A program made the position numbers and the translations under genes. Source: Albugo candida (Eukaryota). From it: a stretch of DNA of 63,934 nt. Below, in pieces: positions 12,970 through 25,522 of this stretch. The stretch lies in the NCBI GenBank assembly GCA_040437565.1, contig JBDOQK010000018.1:372067-436000 (forward strand), given 5' to 3'. Position 1 is the stretch's first letter, and the number at the start of each line of letters is the position of its first letter. The notes under the pieces were generated by a model. That model saw nothing but the letters and a program-made list of their open reading frames with translations. It was not told where the DNA came from and made no database searches.

Positions 12970-14320
12970 AAAAATATTCAGAGGAAAGTGCTGGGACATG
13001 CGAACCATTTTGTGTACTACATGCATTATAATGATACTTGTCCAAGATTTTCTTTTCAAACTGTTTCACTTTCAGGCTGCGATCTGTTTGCGATCTAAAT
13101 CGCCGATACTTGATTTTTTGAATGAAATTATCGACTCAGTGTTGCCCTTGTATCAAGTGGCACATTACGACGACAGCCTCGTTGCCCGTATGAGATTCCC
13201 TTATCACTGAGACAATTTGCTGCTTTTCATTTAAATTGCAGCTAAAGTTTATTGCGCGAGTACATCTTGCTATTATGAGAGGCCGAAAATCAAAAAAAAA
13301 TCAAGTATTGAGAAAGCGGTTTAGGCGATAAGTGATGGCGACGCGCTTACGCAAGTGTGTGCGACCGCAACGGTCCTAAAACTGCGTGCAGCCACCGATT
13401 CGGTGATACATCAACATTCTTCCTATACAAATCACGATCTTATCAGTCAGTTTCGTAGTCACATGCTTCAGTAATCTAATCNNNNNNNNNNNNNNNNNNN
13501 NNNNNNNNNNNNNNNNNNNNNNNNNNNNNNNNNNNNNNNNNNNNNNNNNNNNNNNNNNNNNNNNNNNNNNNNNNNNNNNNNCTTCCTATACAAATCACGA
13601 TCTTATCAGTCAGTTTCGTAGTCACATGCTTCAGTAATCTAATCAAACTGTTAAGAACAACGTAACGGTTCAGGATCAAAGTTTTGTCTGCCTCGTGACA
13701 AGAATTGCGTCACCAATCGAAGGTTTCTAATTGGTTAATGATGCTGAAAATTCGAAACTGAATAGATTCTGTTACCCATCAAGATTACCCTATACCTCTA
13801 ATCTGAAGCTGACCGTATTACACAGCCCTACCTCAATACCGTACTTTATGCTTTCTTTGCGCGATACTTTTCAAAAAAAGTTGGTTAAGCTTTGGAATTG
13901 AATGGCATGACTGCACGTCCATACGCATTGTTACCCCGTGCCTGTGAACGATACGTGCGCCATAGTCTCAGATTCCTCAGTCGTTACTTACAAATTCTGT
14001 CGGTCTGAATACATATGCGTCAAACCGATCGTTTTGTAAAATATACTTTCTGACGTGGTTCAAGGGATTTGTTAGGGGTAAGGTACGTCGTTCATTGCTG
14101 ACACACATTTCGGTACACAGATGGGGAAAAGCGCGATCGGATGTGTGCTCAATATTCCCGAGACGTCACTATAAAACTTGCGCTTGATTGCACAATATAT
14201 CTAATATTCAGTTTGCAAACACTACTTTCAACTAGTACTAGGACATCACATTTGATGTCCCGTTTGATCGTTTCGTTATCGCACTTTATTTGATACGAAT
14301 CTACGTTATCAGCACACTAA

Positions 14321-15251
14321 ATGACGCAGTTTACAGCCACAGTCACATCGAGGATGTCAGCAAAAAATACAGGCCGAGAAAAATTAGCGGTTCCTTCTAC
14401 CACACGAGCTACTAGCTGTTCGAATATCAACACACCTATAAGTGTGGTAGAACAACGAAGGCACACGTGTACCGCAACCGACCGGGAGGAAAAACAGGAT
14501 TTGCTTGATAATTTATCGATTAGTATCCATCGAATATCGCTTACATCAGAATCAGAAGGGATTGAGAGCAACACACAAGAAGGTGAACCGTTTGTCAAAG
14601 TCATAATTCCGACAACAGGCACGCGATGGATTCGTGGACAATCCGCTGCAATCAAATGGAATGTTTTGGACCCAACGGTTGAACGAGTAGCAATCACGAT
14701 CATGTCAGAGGGAAGTTCGGCGACGACTGTTGTCACGAATTCTACGCCGAATGACGGCATCTTCACTTATCTCAAAGTTCCGNNNNNNNNNNNNNNNNNN
14801 NNNNNNNNNNNNNNNNNNNNNNNNNNNNNNNNNNNNNNNNNNNNNNNNNNNNNNNNNNNNNNNNNNNNNNNNNNNNNNNNNNATTAGTATCCATCGAATA
14901 TCGCTTACATCAGAATCAGAAGGGATTGAGAGCAACACACAAGAAGGTGAACCGTTTGTCAAAGTCATAATTCCGACAACAGGCACGCGATGGATTCGTG
15001 GACAATCCGCTGCAATCAAATGGAATGTTTTGGACCCAACGGTTGAACGAGTAGCAATCACGATCATGTCAGAGGGAAGTTCGGCGACGACTGTTGTCAC
15101 GAATTCTACGCCGAATGACGGCATCTTCACTTATCTCAAAGTTCCGTGGGGAATGGAATGCGGAACCAAGTATTTTCTTCGATTTACAAATGTGCACGAC
15201 TTATTGCGATCTTTTACAACAAACCGTTTTGAAATTGGTTCTGCGCCTTAA
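14321..15251 (+). CDS. Hypothetical protein with a C-terminal Kre9/KNH1-like Ig-type domain; the true CDS is shorter once the gap and duplicated overlap are removed
   Basis: PFVKVIIPTTGTRWIRGQSAAIKWNV...TPNDGIFTY..VP...GTKYFLRF...F.I matches the pattern of Kre9/KNH-like beta-sandwich domains. Confidence 0.55.
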
Positions 15252-16012
15252 TGGAATTTTACATAGTAATCTAGAGTATTTATTCATTCTATAGGGAAAG
15301 ATGCAACACTTTGGCGCACGGAAGATGATGTATCTGCGAATGACAGACCAATGCGATTGGACTGAGAGAAACGAATAGAAATAATTGAGCGAATTTAGAT
15401 ATATGGCAAGTGAAGGAAAACATAATGATAAATAGAGCTTTTAATGCCAATCAATTTCCAGCATACCGTTGAATTACCTGTCCATGCACACTGGATAAAA
15501 ACGGCAGTTAGCACCAGGAAACGAATCGAGTGAAAACAGATGGTGGTCGCTGACTTGATCGGCAGATGAAAATCTGAGGCATCAGCTGACACGATTGGGT
15601 TGTTGCTGGCTTTACTTGATATACAATAGAGTGGAGGTGACGTACCACACTGACTCGATGGGGCTTCAAAAACGCACTTTGTAAGCACTCCACTCGCCAT
15701 ATGCAAAAAGCGGTGAAAGTAGGCGTCGTATCAAGCACTCCCTCGAATGTTGCGGTGCGTATCGGTTGCCTTTAAATTGTTATCGCCAAATAAACAAGTG
15801 AGATATTTTCCATTATCGGTGTTGTTGTGAGGAGCTCTCCCTATTGTACGCACGACTTCGTGCTTATTATACACTATCGATCAAGTAAATCCATGCGCGT
15901 ATCTTCTGCTATAAATAGAAGCATTACAAACAAGATCCACGTGTCTGCACAAACTTATACTCTCTTTATAATAATTGGTATACATTTCTGTAATTCTTCC
16001 ATCAATATCAAA

Positions 16013-17297
16013 ATGGTAAGCATTTCCTAAATTCTCGCTTTTATCACAAAACGCAACAACATCCAACAACCTCTCCGTAGTTTGCGTTGGGAGGGGATGG
16101 AAACCCATTCGGTCTTAATATCAATTTGGCTGGAAATTTCCCGCAAAAGTAAGCTCCATCGTCACATATTTTAGTCTACTTCGATGTGCCTGTTATACAG
16201 ATTCGATGAGCATTTTCGAGTATATTCCATGTCATTCTGTGACAAAGGTCATTTAGAAGACGGCGACAAGAGTAATTTTCCGTTCACAAAAATTACTTAC
16301 CCAAATCTTACGAGCGTAATGTTCAGTTTTGCTACCTCCGTCCGCACTTGAAGTTTTGGGTAAGCGAAAATACGGAGTGACCGATTTGGTTGTTTCTACT
16401 TATTATTTCATACAACAGCTCGGTTGCATATTGAATATCCAATGCTATTCAAGGTTACAAATGAAGGTGTTAATCGATATTCACACTGCGGTGTCCTAGA
16501 ATTTAGTGCCACGGAAGGAAGTTGCTACATGCCGTATTGGGTATTATTGCTGTTATGTGCGGTTTCAGTCATTCTCATTTGTATTTACAAGATGATGCAA
16601 AATTTATTCATTAATGAAGGGGAAATTATCAACGTGCAAAATATCTCGTTACCAAAGGCAACATTTGTGAAAATCCGACCACAAACCAGAGAATTTCTCG
16701 ATATCAGCAATCCTCGCGCTGTGTAAGTGAAATACTCCTCTTCTTGAGTCACATTATTCTCATCTTTGTGTATTTGAGGACAGCCTGGAAGCTTCATTGC
16801 GTAAATTCTCTTGTATGACCGTCGGAGACACCATCTGTCTCAAATATAACAACAAGAATTTCCTGTTGGATGTTCGGGAGGTCAAACCGTCCTCAGCAGC
16901 CTGCATCATCGAAACGGATTGTGAGGTCGATTTCGAATTGCCTGCGGATTACGTCCCAGAAAGCGCTCAAGATTCCGAGACAAGTGTACCCAGTGATTCG
17001 AGCTTACCCTATGGTGGCTTCCCGACTGTGAAAGCAGACACATATTCATACAATGCTTCCCCATTCAGTGGTAGTGGTCTTCGTCTAAAGAAGAACGGGT
17101 CTCAACAGAGCACGGATGCTTCCGCACTTCGGGCTGCTCGACTGCAGAAATTTGAATCGTTTCACGGAACAGGAAAGTCGATCGGTGATACGTCAAATGT
17201 GGATGACTCGATGAAGGAAAAAGAGAAGCAGTTGCCCGTCGGAGAGATCCACAAAAAGCCTACCTCATTCCAGGGTCAAGGTCGAAGGTTAAGATGA
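16013..17297 (+). CDS. UFD1: Ubiquitin fusion degradation protein 1; multi-exon
   Basis: FDEHFRVYSMSF, EDGDKILLPPSAL, YPMLFKV, SHCGVLEFSATEG.CYMPYW, LPKATFVKIRPQ, FLDISNPRAV, ACIIETDCEVDF, and a C-terminal SHP box FQGQGRRL. Confidence 0.93.
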
Positions 17298-17733
17298 GTA
17301 AAATCAGCGAAATGAAACAATTGAGACCTTTTCAAACGATCAAAATCATCCTACATTGCTCCATGTTCTCCAGAAATTTTTCTATGAACAGAGCAGAGCC
17401 GATTTTGAGACAGAATTCCTGAATCAAAGCTTTTCTGAATACTCATTGCATGAACGTCATATTTCGTGTGTTGTACATACATCTAGGCCCTGTTTCGGTA
17501 TCGATCATGCCAAAGCATGATTTCCTCGCGCCGAAAGCGATTGCGAATCGCATGAAGGTGCAATCTCGTAACTCTACAACCACTGCCCATCTTCTCACTT
17601 TCTTCTTCTCGCTAGTCGAAAGGGCTTCANNNNNNNNNNNNNNNNNNNNNNNNNNNNNNNNNNNNNNNNNNNNNNNNNNNNNNNNNNNNNNNNNNNNNNN
17701 NNNNNNNNNNNNNNNNNNNNNNNNNNNNNGATC

Positions 17734-19100
17734 ATGCCAAAGCATGATTTCCTCGCGCCGAAAGCGATTGCGAATCGCATGAAGGTGCAATCTCGTAACT
17801 CTACAACCACTGCCCATCTTCTCACTTTCTTCTTCTCGCTAGTCGAAAGGGCTTCAGAAATTACGCTGGTTTTGTCAAGTTTGCCAGAAACAATGTCGAG
17901 ACGAAAATGGGTTTAAATGTCATACGAGTTCGGAGAGCCATCAACGGCAAATGCTTATCGTCGCGAATAACCCAGATAGATTTATTGGTGGATACAGCTC
18001 ACAGGTGAGTCGTAAACGGTGTTTTCTATCTTTTTTGTGAGCTAAAAATCAGTGTATGATGGTAGTTTGAGCGGGCCTTTCTGGAGAATTTAAAGCTTCG
18101 ACATGGGACCAAGCGCGTTCGAGCGAATGTAGTGTACAACGAGTACATTTCTGACAAGATGCATATTCATATGAATGCTACACAATGGACAACACTCAGC
18201 GGCTTCATCCAGTATTTGGGTCGAAAAAGCAAATGCATCGTGGATGAGACTGAAAAAGTAATTGTTTATTTCTTTGTGACTTTTTGGCTAATTATTATGC
18301 TTTTTAGGGATGGTATATTCAATATATTGATCGAGATCCTCGGAAAATTGCCCGTCAAGAAGAATTAGAGCGGAAATTACGCTCGGATTTGGATCATGAA
18401 GAGCGGAATCGAAGGTTCATTCAAAAGCAGCTTAAAATTGCGAAAGCTTCAGATGCACGAGAAGACTTTAGACCCACGAAATTGCAACGAACCGAAAAGA
18501 ATGCGAAACTGAGTCTGAATCTGAATCTGAGTATTTCGGATAAAAGCAGAAAAGCAAAATCAATCGAAGTGACAAGCGCTTTTGAAGACATTGAAGAGAA
18601 AGAATGTAGCCAGAAAGCCGATGTTATACACCAAAGCCATAAGAAAATGGACGAAAGCTGTCAAAAATCGGATGTGGACGCCGAGGATGCTGAAAATTGG
18701 GTTGTCGTAGGAATCATCGTCAAAGTGCTGAACGGCCAAGTTGGTGAAGGGAAGTATAGAAATAAAAAAGGAGTTATCGAGAGGGTCGAGGATGAGTACT
18801 GCGCAATGGTACGGATGCTGGATTCATCTGATGTTCTCCAATTGGACCAAGATGATTTAGAGACCGTCATTCCGAAAGAAGGAAACAAGGTCGTCATTCT
18901 TCGAGGAAAACAAAAAAATCAGATAGCAGAGATCGTCTCTATTGCAATGGAGCAATATAGCGCCACTTTACGACTTGTCGGTGGGCCTCAGAGGTACGAA
19001 CACTATAATCGATCCGCTCCGTGCTCATTTTAGTTGTAGCGGTGAACTTTTAAAGCATGTGGAGTATGAGGACTTCAGCAAGCTTGCACCCAAAAAATGA
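17734..19100 (+). CDS. KIN17: DNA/RNA-binding protein KIN17; multi-exon; 5' end duplicated at 17507-17629
   Basis: MPKHDFLAPKAIANRMK|SKGLQKLRWFCQVCQKQCRDENGFKCH..SESHQRQM, HIHMNATQWTTLS, and C-terminal KOW/SH3-like domains (LDQDDLETVIP, VEYEDFSKL). Confidence 0.93.
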
Positions 19101-19101
19101 C

Positions 19102-20005
19102 TTAGTCTTCTAGAAAACACAACACACTTGTACTTTGCGACTAAAACAGAAAATAGATCAACGTACCAGCCTTCTCGGTTCTAGTCTCAACGCTAAACAC
19201 ATCACGATCCTCTTCACCCTGAGACTCCTCTACTTCATCAAGCGTGCATTTCAAATCCTGGATTGTCGTGAGTAACAGGCTGAATTGCTTGATCCTCTTT
19301 TCGAGCTTCATATCTGTCGATTGGAGAGCCTGTTTTGCTTCCACCAATCGCGCTTTCTTCCTCCCAATCTCACTAAATGCTTGTATTTCGTCAGCACCCA
19401 ATTTCAAAAAAAGAATTATTCTGACCAGAGCGTCTCTTTTTGCGATGGATACTGATTCACAAGCTTTGCCAATGTCTCATATTCCTGCTTGTACATCTTC
19501 AGGGTCTTTTCCTTTCGTACGGCGTTTTTAAGCTCAATGATTTCTTTGGAAACTCGATCGATTGACGCATCTAAAGCAGAATTTGAGCGATCATTATTGA
19601 TTGGATAAAAATACATCACCGATTGTCGTGTGTAAATTCCCGTACGCCTCGAGTTCCTTCTGGCACGTTTGACCAAAAATTCTGGTTTTACTGGCTTCCA
19701 ATTCGGCTTGTTCGATTTCCCATAGTGCACCATCGAGCTCGATTTTACTGTCAAGGTAGTTATTGGATTGGTTTTGCGTTGAAAACGTGATAATATACCT
19801 TTTTGCGGTGTCTGCTTGCTCGTCCGCGATTGTATGCAAATAAGAGATCATTGCATCGGCACATCGTTTAATTCCAGACTTTCCAATTGCGCTAGTACGT
19901 GTCAGTAAGCGACGACGTATAATAGCATCTAATGGAGAAAATGGACTCCATTACAGGATGCAATGCTGTTGAGAAAGAGTAGAAGCGATTACCGTCGTCG
20001 GCCAT
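19102..20005 (-). CDS. THOC7: THO complex subunit 7; multi-exon; a second allele-like copy of the 5' part lies at 20172-20457
   Basis: MADD|DAIIRRRLL at the N-terminus, KQEYETLAKLVNQYPSQKET, and KLEKRIKQFSLLLTTIQDL. A last micro-exon (ED*) is inferred after a GTACGT..CTAG intron; without it the stop is at 19141. Confidence 0.8.
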
Positions 20006-20485
20006 TTTGAGTTTGTTATCGAATCAAAAATAATCAGATCTGATGACTTATACGAATATGCAAGGTACGGTNNNNNNNNNNNNNNNNNNNNNNNNNNNNN
20101 NNNNNNNNNNNNNNNNNNNNNNNNNNNNNNNNNNNNNNNNNNNNNNNNNNNNNNNNNNNNNNNNNNNNNNNCCATAGTGCACCATCGAGCTCGATTTTAC
20201 TGTCAAGGTAGTTATTGGATTGGTTTTGCGTTGAAAAGGTGATACTATACCTTTTTGCGGTGTCTGCTTGCTCGTCCGCGATTGTATGCAAATAAGAGAT
20301 CATTGCATCGGCACATCGTTTAATTCCAGACTTTCCAATTGCGCTTGTACGTGTCAGTAAGCGACGACGTATAATAGCATCTGATGGGGAAAATGGACTC
20401 CATTACAGGCTGCAATGCTGTTGGGGAAGAGTAGAAGCGATTACCGTCGTCGGCCATTTCGAGTTTGTTATCGAATCAAAAATAA

Positions 20486-21862
20486 TCAGATCTGATGACT
20501 TATACGAATATGCAAGGTACGGTAATATCCGGACTCTGATACTACTACACGCAGATCGAGTTCGTTGATCGCTGCGCGAGCGCACTCTTCGAGATCTTTC
20601 CAAATCAGTAGCGATACGGAGGATTTTACGCCACTAACGAGCTGTCTTTGGATTTCGTAAAGCGTCTTTTTCAATTGGGGCTTCCAAACTGATTTTGCAT
20701 GTGCGAGAAAAGCTTCCACATTTGCTCGAGGAAATAAAAGAGCACCCGGCGCATTTTCGCTTTTCATATTGTACCCATGATAGTCAGTCCCACCGCTCTT
20801 CAAAAGCCCCAGCTCATCCGCAGTAGCATTATACTTTTCCACGCTCGAGCTGTTATTAAACACTTCAATTCCCTGTAGCAAAATATAATTACAAAATCCG
20901 TACGAGACTTTCATAAAGCTTACATCAATACCCTCTTTCACAACTTGATTTATTACAGCCAGTGGGTCCTAGCATCAGATAATCAGATACTTCCACCTGA
21001 GCCGAGGAATGCTTCGTTGACTTACTTTGCATGCCCAAGGATGAGCTAGTATGGAGATTCCACCAATGCTCTTGATCAGCTTGATTGCCTCTTCTGGAGG
21101 GTAGTGCATTCCCTGAATTAGAAACACACTCAGTTCTCCATAGAAACTCAGAAAACATTACTTACTTGAGCATAGGCCGGGCCGTCATTGTGCAAGTATC
21201 GATCAAAGGCTTCTCGAAAAGTCCGAACGAATCCACCCTTGATCATCAGCTGTGCAATGTGCGGTCTACCTGGTGCAGCTTCTCCTGCTACCTCCAACAC
21301 ATGTTCCCATTCAATGTTGATTCCCATTTGTGCCTGTGGATGGACCTCATCACAAGGGCGCGACATTGTTAATCACATACCAATTTGTAAAGTATTTCTT
21401 TCCCACGAGCATATCGTGCGACTCGAATCTTTCCCAATTGCACTTCTAATTGCTCACTTTTAAATCCTGGTGGGAAATAGCCCAGAATATGCAGATTTTC
21501 GTTCGTAACTTCAGCAGAGATTTCGACTCCTGGAAACGCAAACACTCCCAATTCCTGAGCCGTTTGTAAAGCTTCATTGGTACCGTCCATTGTATCATGA
21601 TCCGTGAGGGACATATACGTCACACCATTGCCAGCAGCTTTTCGAATGACATCGCTCGGTCTGAATTTCCCGTCGCTGCAAGTGCTGCAAGAAGTCAAAC
21701 GTATCAAATATAATGAACGTACATAGAATCAGTGAATAAGTACCTGTGCATGTGAAAATCGGCAATGAATTTGCGCTCTATTACATGAAGAAAACGCGTG
21801 AAAATCAAAGTAAAGAGAATTCAAATCGATTAAAAAAAAGTTCCTGAGCGTTGTGATACCAT
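20486..21862 (-). CDS. PHP-domain phosphoesterase (YciV/TrpH-like); multi-exon; start approximate
   Basis: DFHMHS|TCSDG, SLTDHDT, GVEIS, HILGY, PGRPHIAQ, AFDRYL, GIEVF, SGGTDYHG. Confidence 0.85.
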
Positions 21863-22032
21863 TTTATTGTAATTGCGTAAATAGCCAAGTATCTAATTTA
21901 TTCTACCAATATAATCATGCAAGATTTTCNNNNNNNNNNNNNNNNNNNNNNNNNNNNNNNNNNNNNNNNNNNNNNNNNNNNNNNNNNNNNNNNNNNNNNN
22001 NNNNNNNNNNNNNNNNNNNNNNNNNNNNNATC

Positions 22033-24807
22033 ATGCAAGATTTTCATTTTTATAGCGCTTGTCCGTGGCCGCAACTCCGCAGTAAATGCATCCTACAGCG
22101 ATTACAATCAAACGTCAAGCCATATGCTCACTTATCTGACATCCTGATCGAAAAATGCACCATCACCGCCGGTCACATCGCCTTACTTCTCAAGAAAAAC
22201 GTCAAAAACGGATCAAATGCGCGCTCCTTCATGGACGTCAAAGCAGACAGAGCCACCCCAACACGCGTGCTATTCGTGCTGGATGCCGTTCCTCCATCAC
22301 ACTCTGCCGCATCATCAAATCCTCGATCCAATAACAAGCCATTTTCACTCGATACAAATCCGAACACATCGAATCTTTCGGTGGAATCCGAAGAGATCCG
22401 CATCATCGAAGGATTGTTCCAAGTTTCCAAAGCGAATAAAGATGGAGCAACAATCGTCAAACCACCTTTTCTGGCAGCACGATTCGATTTTCGTGTAATC
22501 GATATCCAATTCATCAAATTTCACCCGACTTTGGAGTCGGCAAACATAAGATCGTATGCTTCTTCCCATTCCAATTTGCGTTGCGTAGCTGCTCGAGAAG
22601 ATGGCGTTGCGTATCTATGGGAATGGAAAGCTGATCTTTTTCAATGGAAATATCTTAATCGATTTTGCTACCTCAGTAATCCCAATTTGAGTTGGACGAA
22701 ACCCGTCATATCCTTTACTGCAATCAGCATTTCGCAAGAACGATGCGAATCGTACGGATCAGATTCAGCGATCAAATCGTCGCAAGAAAAAAGAGATATG
22801 ATGGAAATGGCGTGGTGGTCCACCGAATCGAATAAAGACCCAGAGCTTTGGTTTCGTAAAGTCATATTCGAACAAGAAGCTTCGACGTTCCGGACGGAGA
22901 TAATCCTCGGAAACGCTTTAAGCGGGTCTCCACAGACAATTCTCGCGATGATCACTTCGCCTTTAGGCATTTGGATCGTTTCCAAACTCACTCAAAGTAT
23001 ACGAATACTTTCTCGTAGCAGTCGAGTCTTTAAAACGATGCATCTCGATCTAGATTGTGATCAGAATCCAAAGTGGTTGGGTTGCTGTCTCCACTTTACT
23101 GGTCAATTGCTTGTGCTCTTCTCAAAGCGAAATAATTCGAATTGGACGCATTCGATCTATCGAATCCATTATGCGGAAGACCACAACTCTTTGGAAATGC
23201 ATTTTATCTCCATTTTGGATAATGACAAATCTCTCGAAGATGAAAAAATCCAGCTAGCTTCTCATCGTCAGCTGCTTTTGATCCTTGAAGATCGTCATTG
23301 TCACATTTATAGCTTGAACACTGGACTGAAGCTTCAGAGTATCCAGCTTCCAAAGACCCGAATCGAATCTGATTTTGCGTTCTGGATTACGAGTGGAGCT
23401 TCCAGTGCGATTGGCATATGGAACGAGTGTGGAGTTTGGTGGTTGCAAACACCTGACCCGAGGAAGTTGTTGACATTGTCAAAAGCACAAAATGCTGCAC
23501 ACAAAATTTCCTCAACCTTATCGCATGGACCCAGCATGAAAATGGACTTTATTGACGCGGCTTTAGACGTTCTGCGGTCGGATCCCAATGCGCTTGTTCG
23601 CACGTGCAAGCTCTCCGCATGCAATCTGATGAGATATATCGGTAATCCCGCTTTGCTCTTGGCTAGTAGTCAATCTCGTGTATCGTCCAATGTCGTCGAC
23701 CAAGTTTTGGCGCTTGTAACATTCATTTTCCAGACAATCAGGAGCATCTCTAAAAAGACAAAAATCGAAAATTCAAAGGCTTCGAATTCGTCGATGCTTC
23801 TTCATTTGACACCATCAAATATCGAAAGCCTTGAGCACATGTGCTCGTGGCTCCTGCTGGTCAAACGGCAAGCTCAGTTGTGTTCTTTGGAAAAGGATGT
23901 AGACTTTGGGTGCATCACCGAGTCGGAATGTACCAAACGACAAGCCAATAAGCAAACTGTTGATCTTGGAAGCACGATGAGATCAAGTTTTGCATTGAGT
24001 GCTCAGAGCATGCTGCACGTTGCTGCATTCTGCCTTTCGATTGAAAATGAGAATCGAGATGCTCTTTGTGCTTCCAAAGCCGTTTGCATCCCGAGATTGG
24101 AATCAGAGACGTCTTCTTCGCTCCGTCGGCTTTCATTATCGGACAACTTGGCTTTTGAACTCTTTTCACGTGTCTACCTGCATCAGAATCCATCGGGAAC
24201 AGCAAAATTTCTCTGCAAAGCGACCACCATTCACAGCTCACATCGATCAAAGGCACGAACTGAAGCAGAGCGTGTTCTATTGATACTACCGCCAAAGGAG
24301 CGGTACATCGGACAACTTCAAGCTGCCCGGCGAAAAAGCACAGGACACAAAGAGAGTAAACGCAGCATAGAGAATACAAAAACACTCAAGCACGCAGAGG
24401 ATTGCATTCACGCGTACACCGATTTGCTCGTCCAAAGCGGGAATGAGGTGGAAGCTTGTCAGCTGCTATTGGAGTGTGATCTGCATGAAACGTGTTTGGA
24501 AATGTTCTTGAAACTTCAAAAGCACGCGGCTAATGGTACATCACCAGCTCTTCAATTCACTTACTTTGGCCTCTTGCGTCACTGCATTCAAGAAAGAGGA
24601 GGCAAAGAGCTTTCCAAACTTCTGAGTCTAAAACCAGAGAGTATAAGCGTCACTCGAGTGCTTCACACTCTTCTCTCTTCTGTTCCGCCCGACACATTAA
24701 AGAAGAAGACGGAACCTCAAATTTCCCTAGAAAGCATTCGTCCAACTTTGCGCAAGCTTTTAATAGAATCCATGCATTACCGAGCCAAAGAGACAGCTGA
24801 AAGATGA
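22033..24807 (+). CDS. Large single-exon hypothetical protein (~924 aa), beta-rich N-terminal half and helical C-terminal half
   Basis: Uninterrupted 2.8-kb ORF with no recognised family motif. The ATG is also present at 21917, on the other side of the gap. Confidence 0.7.
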   Translation: MQDFHFYSACPWPQLRSKCILQRLQSNVKPYAHLSDILIEKCTITAGHIALLLKKNVKNGSNARSFMDVKADRATPTRVLFVLDAVPPSHSAASSNPRSNNKPFSLDTNPNTSNLSVESEEIRIIEGLFQVSKANKDGATIVKPPFLAARFDFRVIDIQFIKFHPTLESANIRSYASSHSNLRCVAAREDGVAYLWEWKADLFQWKYLNRFCYLSNPNLSWTKPVISFTAISISQERCESYGSDSAIKSSQEKRDMMEMAWWSTESNKDPELWFRKVIFEQEASTFRTEIILGNALSGSPQTILAMITSPLGIWIVSKLTQSIRILSRSSRVFKTMHLDLDCDQNPKWLGCCLHFTGQLLVLFSKRNNSNWTHSIYRIHYAEDHNSLEMHFISILDNDKSLEDEKIQLASHRQLLLILEDRHCHIYSLNTGLKLQSIQLPKTRIESDFAFWITSGASSAIGIWNECGVWWLQTPDPRKLLTLSKAQNAAHKISSTLSHGPSMKMDFIDAALDVLRSDPNALVRTCKLSACNLMRYIGNPALLLASSQSRVSSNVVDQVLALVTFIFQTIRSISKKTKIENSKASNSSMLLHLTPSNIESLEHMCSWLLLVKRQAQLCSLEKDVDFGCITESECTKRQANKQTVDLGSTMRSSFALSAQSMLHVAAFCLSIENENRDALCASKAVCIPRLESETSSSLRRLSLSDNLAFELFSRVYLHQNPSGTAKFLCKATTIHSSHRSKARTEAERVLLILPPKERYIGQLQAARRKSTGHKESKRSIENTKTLKHAEDCIHAYTDLLVQSGNEVEACQLLLECDLHETCLEMFLKLQKHAANGTSPALQFTYFGLLRHCIQERGGKELSKLLSLKPESISVTRVLHTLLSSVPPDTLKKKTEPQISLESIRPTLRKLLIESMHYRAKETAER

Positions 24808-24889
24808 GCTCCTGCCCACAAGTGAAAAAAAACTCCAAATGAAACAACTTTTTGGATGAAAAGATATTTTGATGGCATTTACAACTCGA

Positions 24890-25413
24890 CTATTGCGGGA
24901 TCTTTTTCTTGCTCTGTTTGTTGATAAGGGATTTGTGAATGTAAGGAATAACACCTCCGCCAGCAATTGTCGCTTTGATAAGTGTATCTAGTTCCTCGTC
25001 TCCTCGAATCGCTAATTGTAAATGTCGTGGCGTGATTCGCTTAACTTTGAGATCTTTTGATGCATTTCCTGCGAGTTCCAATACTTCGGCTGTCAGGTAT
25101 TCCATTATCGCGGCTGTGTACACCGCAGCGGTAGCTCCAACTCGTTGATTGTTTGCTACGCGCTTTTTCAAAAATCGATGAATTCTTCCCACTGGAAACT
25201 GCGAAAGAATGAATGCGATTGTTATATATCATCAAACAATTAACAGACCTGTAATCCTGCGCGTTGTGACCTTGATTGTGGCGCCTTTTTGGTTGTGACG
25301 CCTTTGCCTCCTTTTCCGCCTTTACCTCCTTTACCTCCGGTGATGACTGCAGACTGCGTGATTCAAACGGTTTGTCGGAGTTCATTTAGCAGTGAAAAAT
25401 AGAATTTTACCAT
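24890..25413 (-). CDS. H2AZ: Histone H2A.Z (H2A variant); 3 exons
   Basis: [19 protein letters not shown]...[20 protein letters not shown]...[67 protein letters not shown], the diagnostic H2A.Z sequence. Confidence 0.96.
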
Positions 25414-25522
25414 TTTTTCTTTCGTTCCCGCCTTTTCAAATATGAAAATGAATGAAAAAGGGTGAGATTTCAATGATAAATTCTTGGAGTAATTATCGTG
25501 ATGAGTGATAGCCTTCTTAATT

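Noticed and set aside
15300-16010. Possible small spliced gene or C/D snoRNA upstream of UFD1
   Set aside because: The box C match is imperfect and I could not build a coherent reading frame; it needs RNA-seq.
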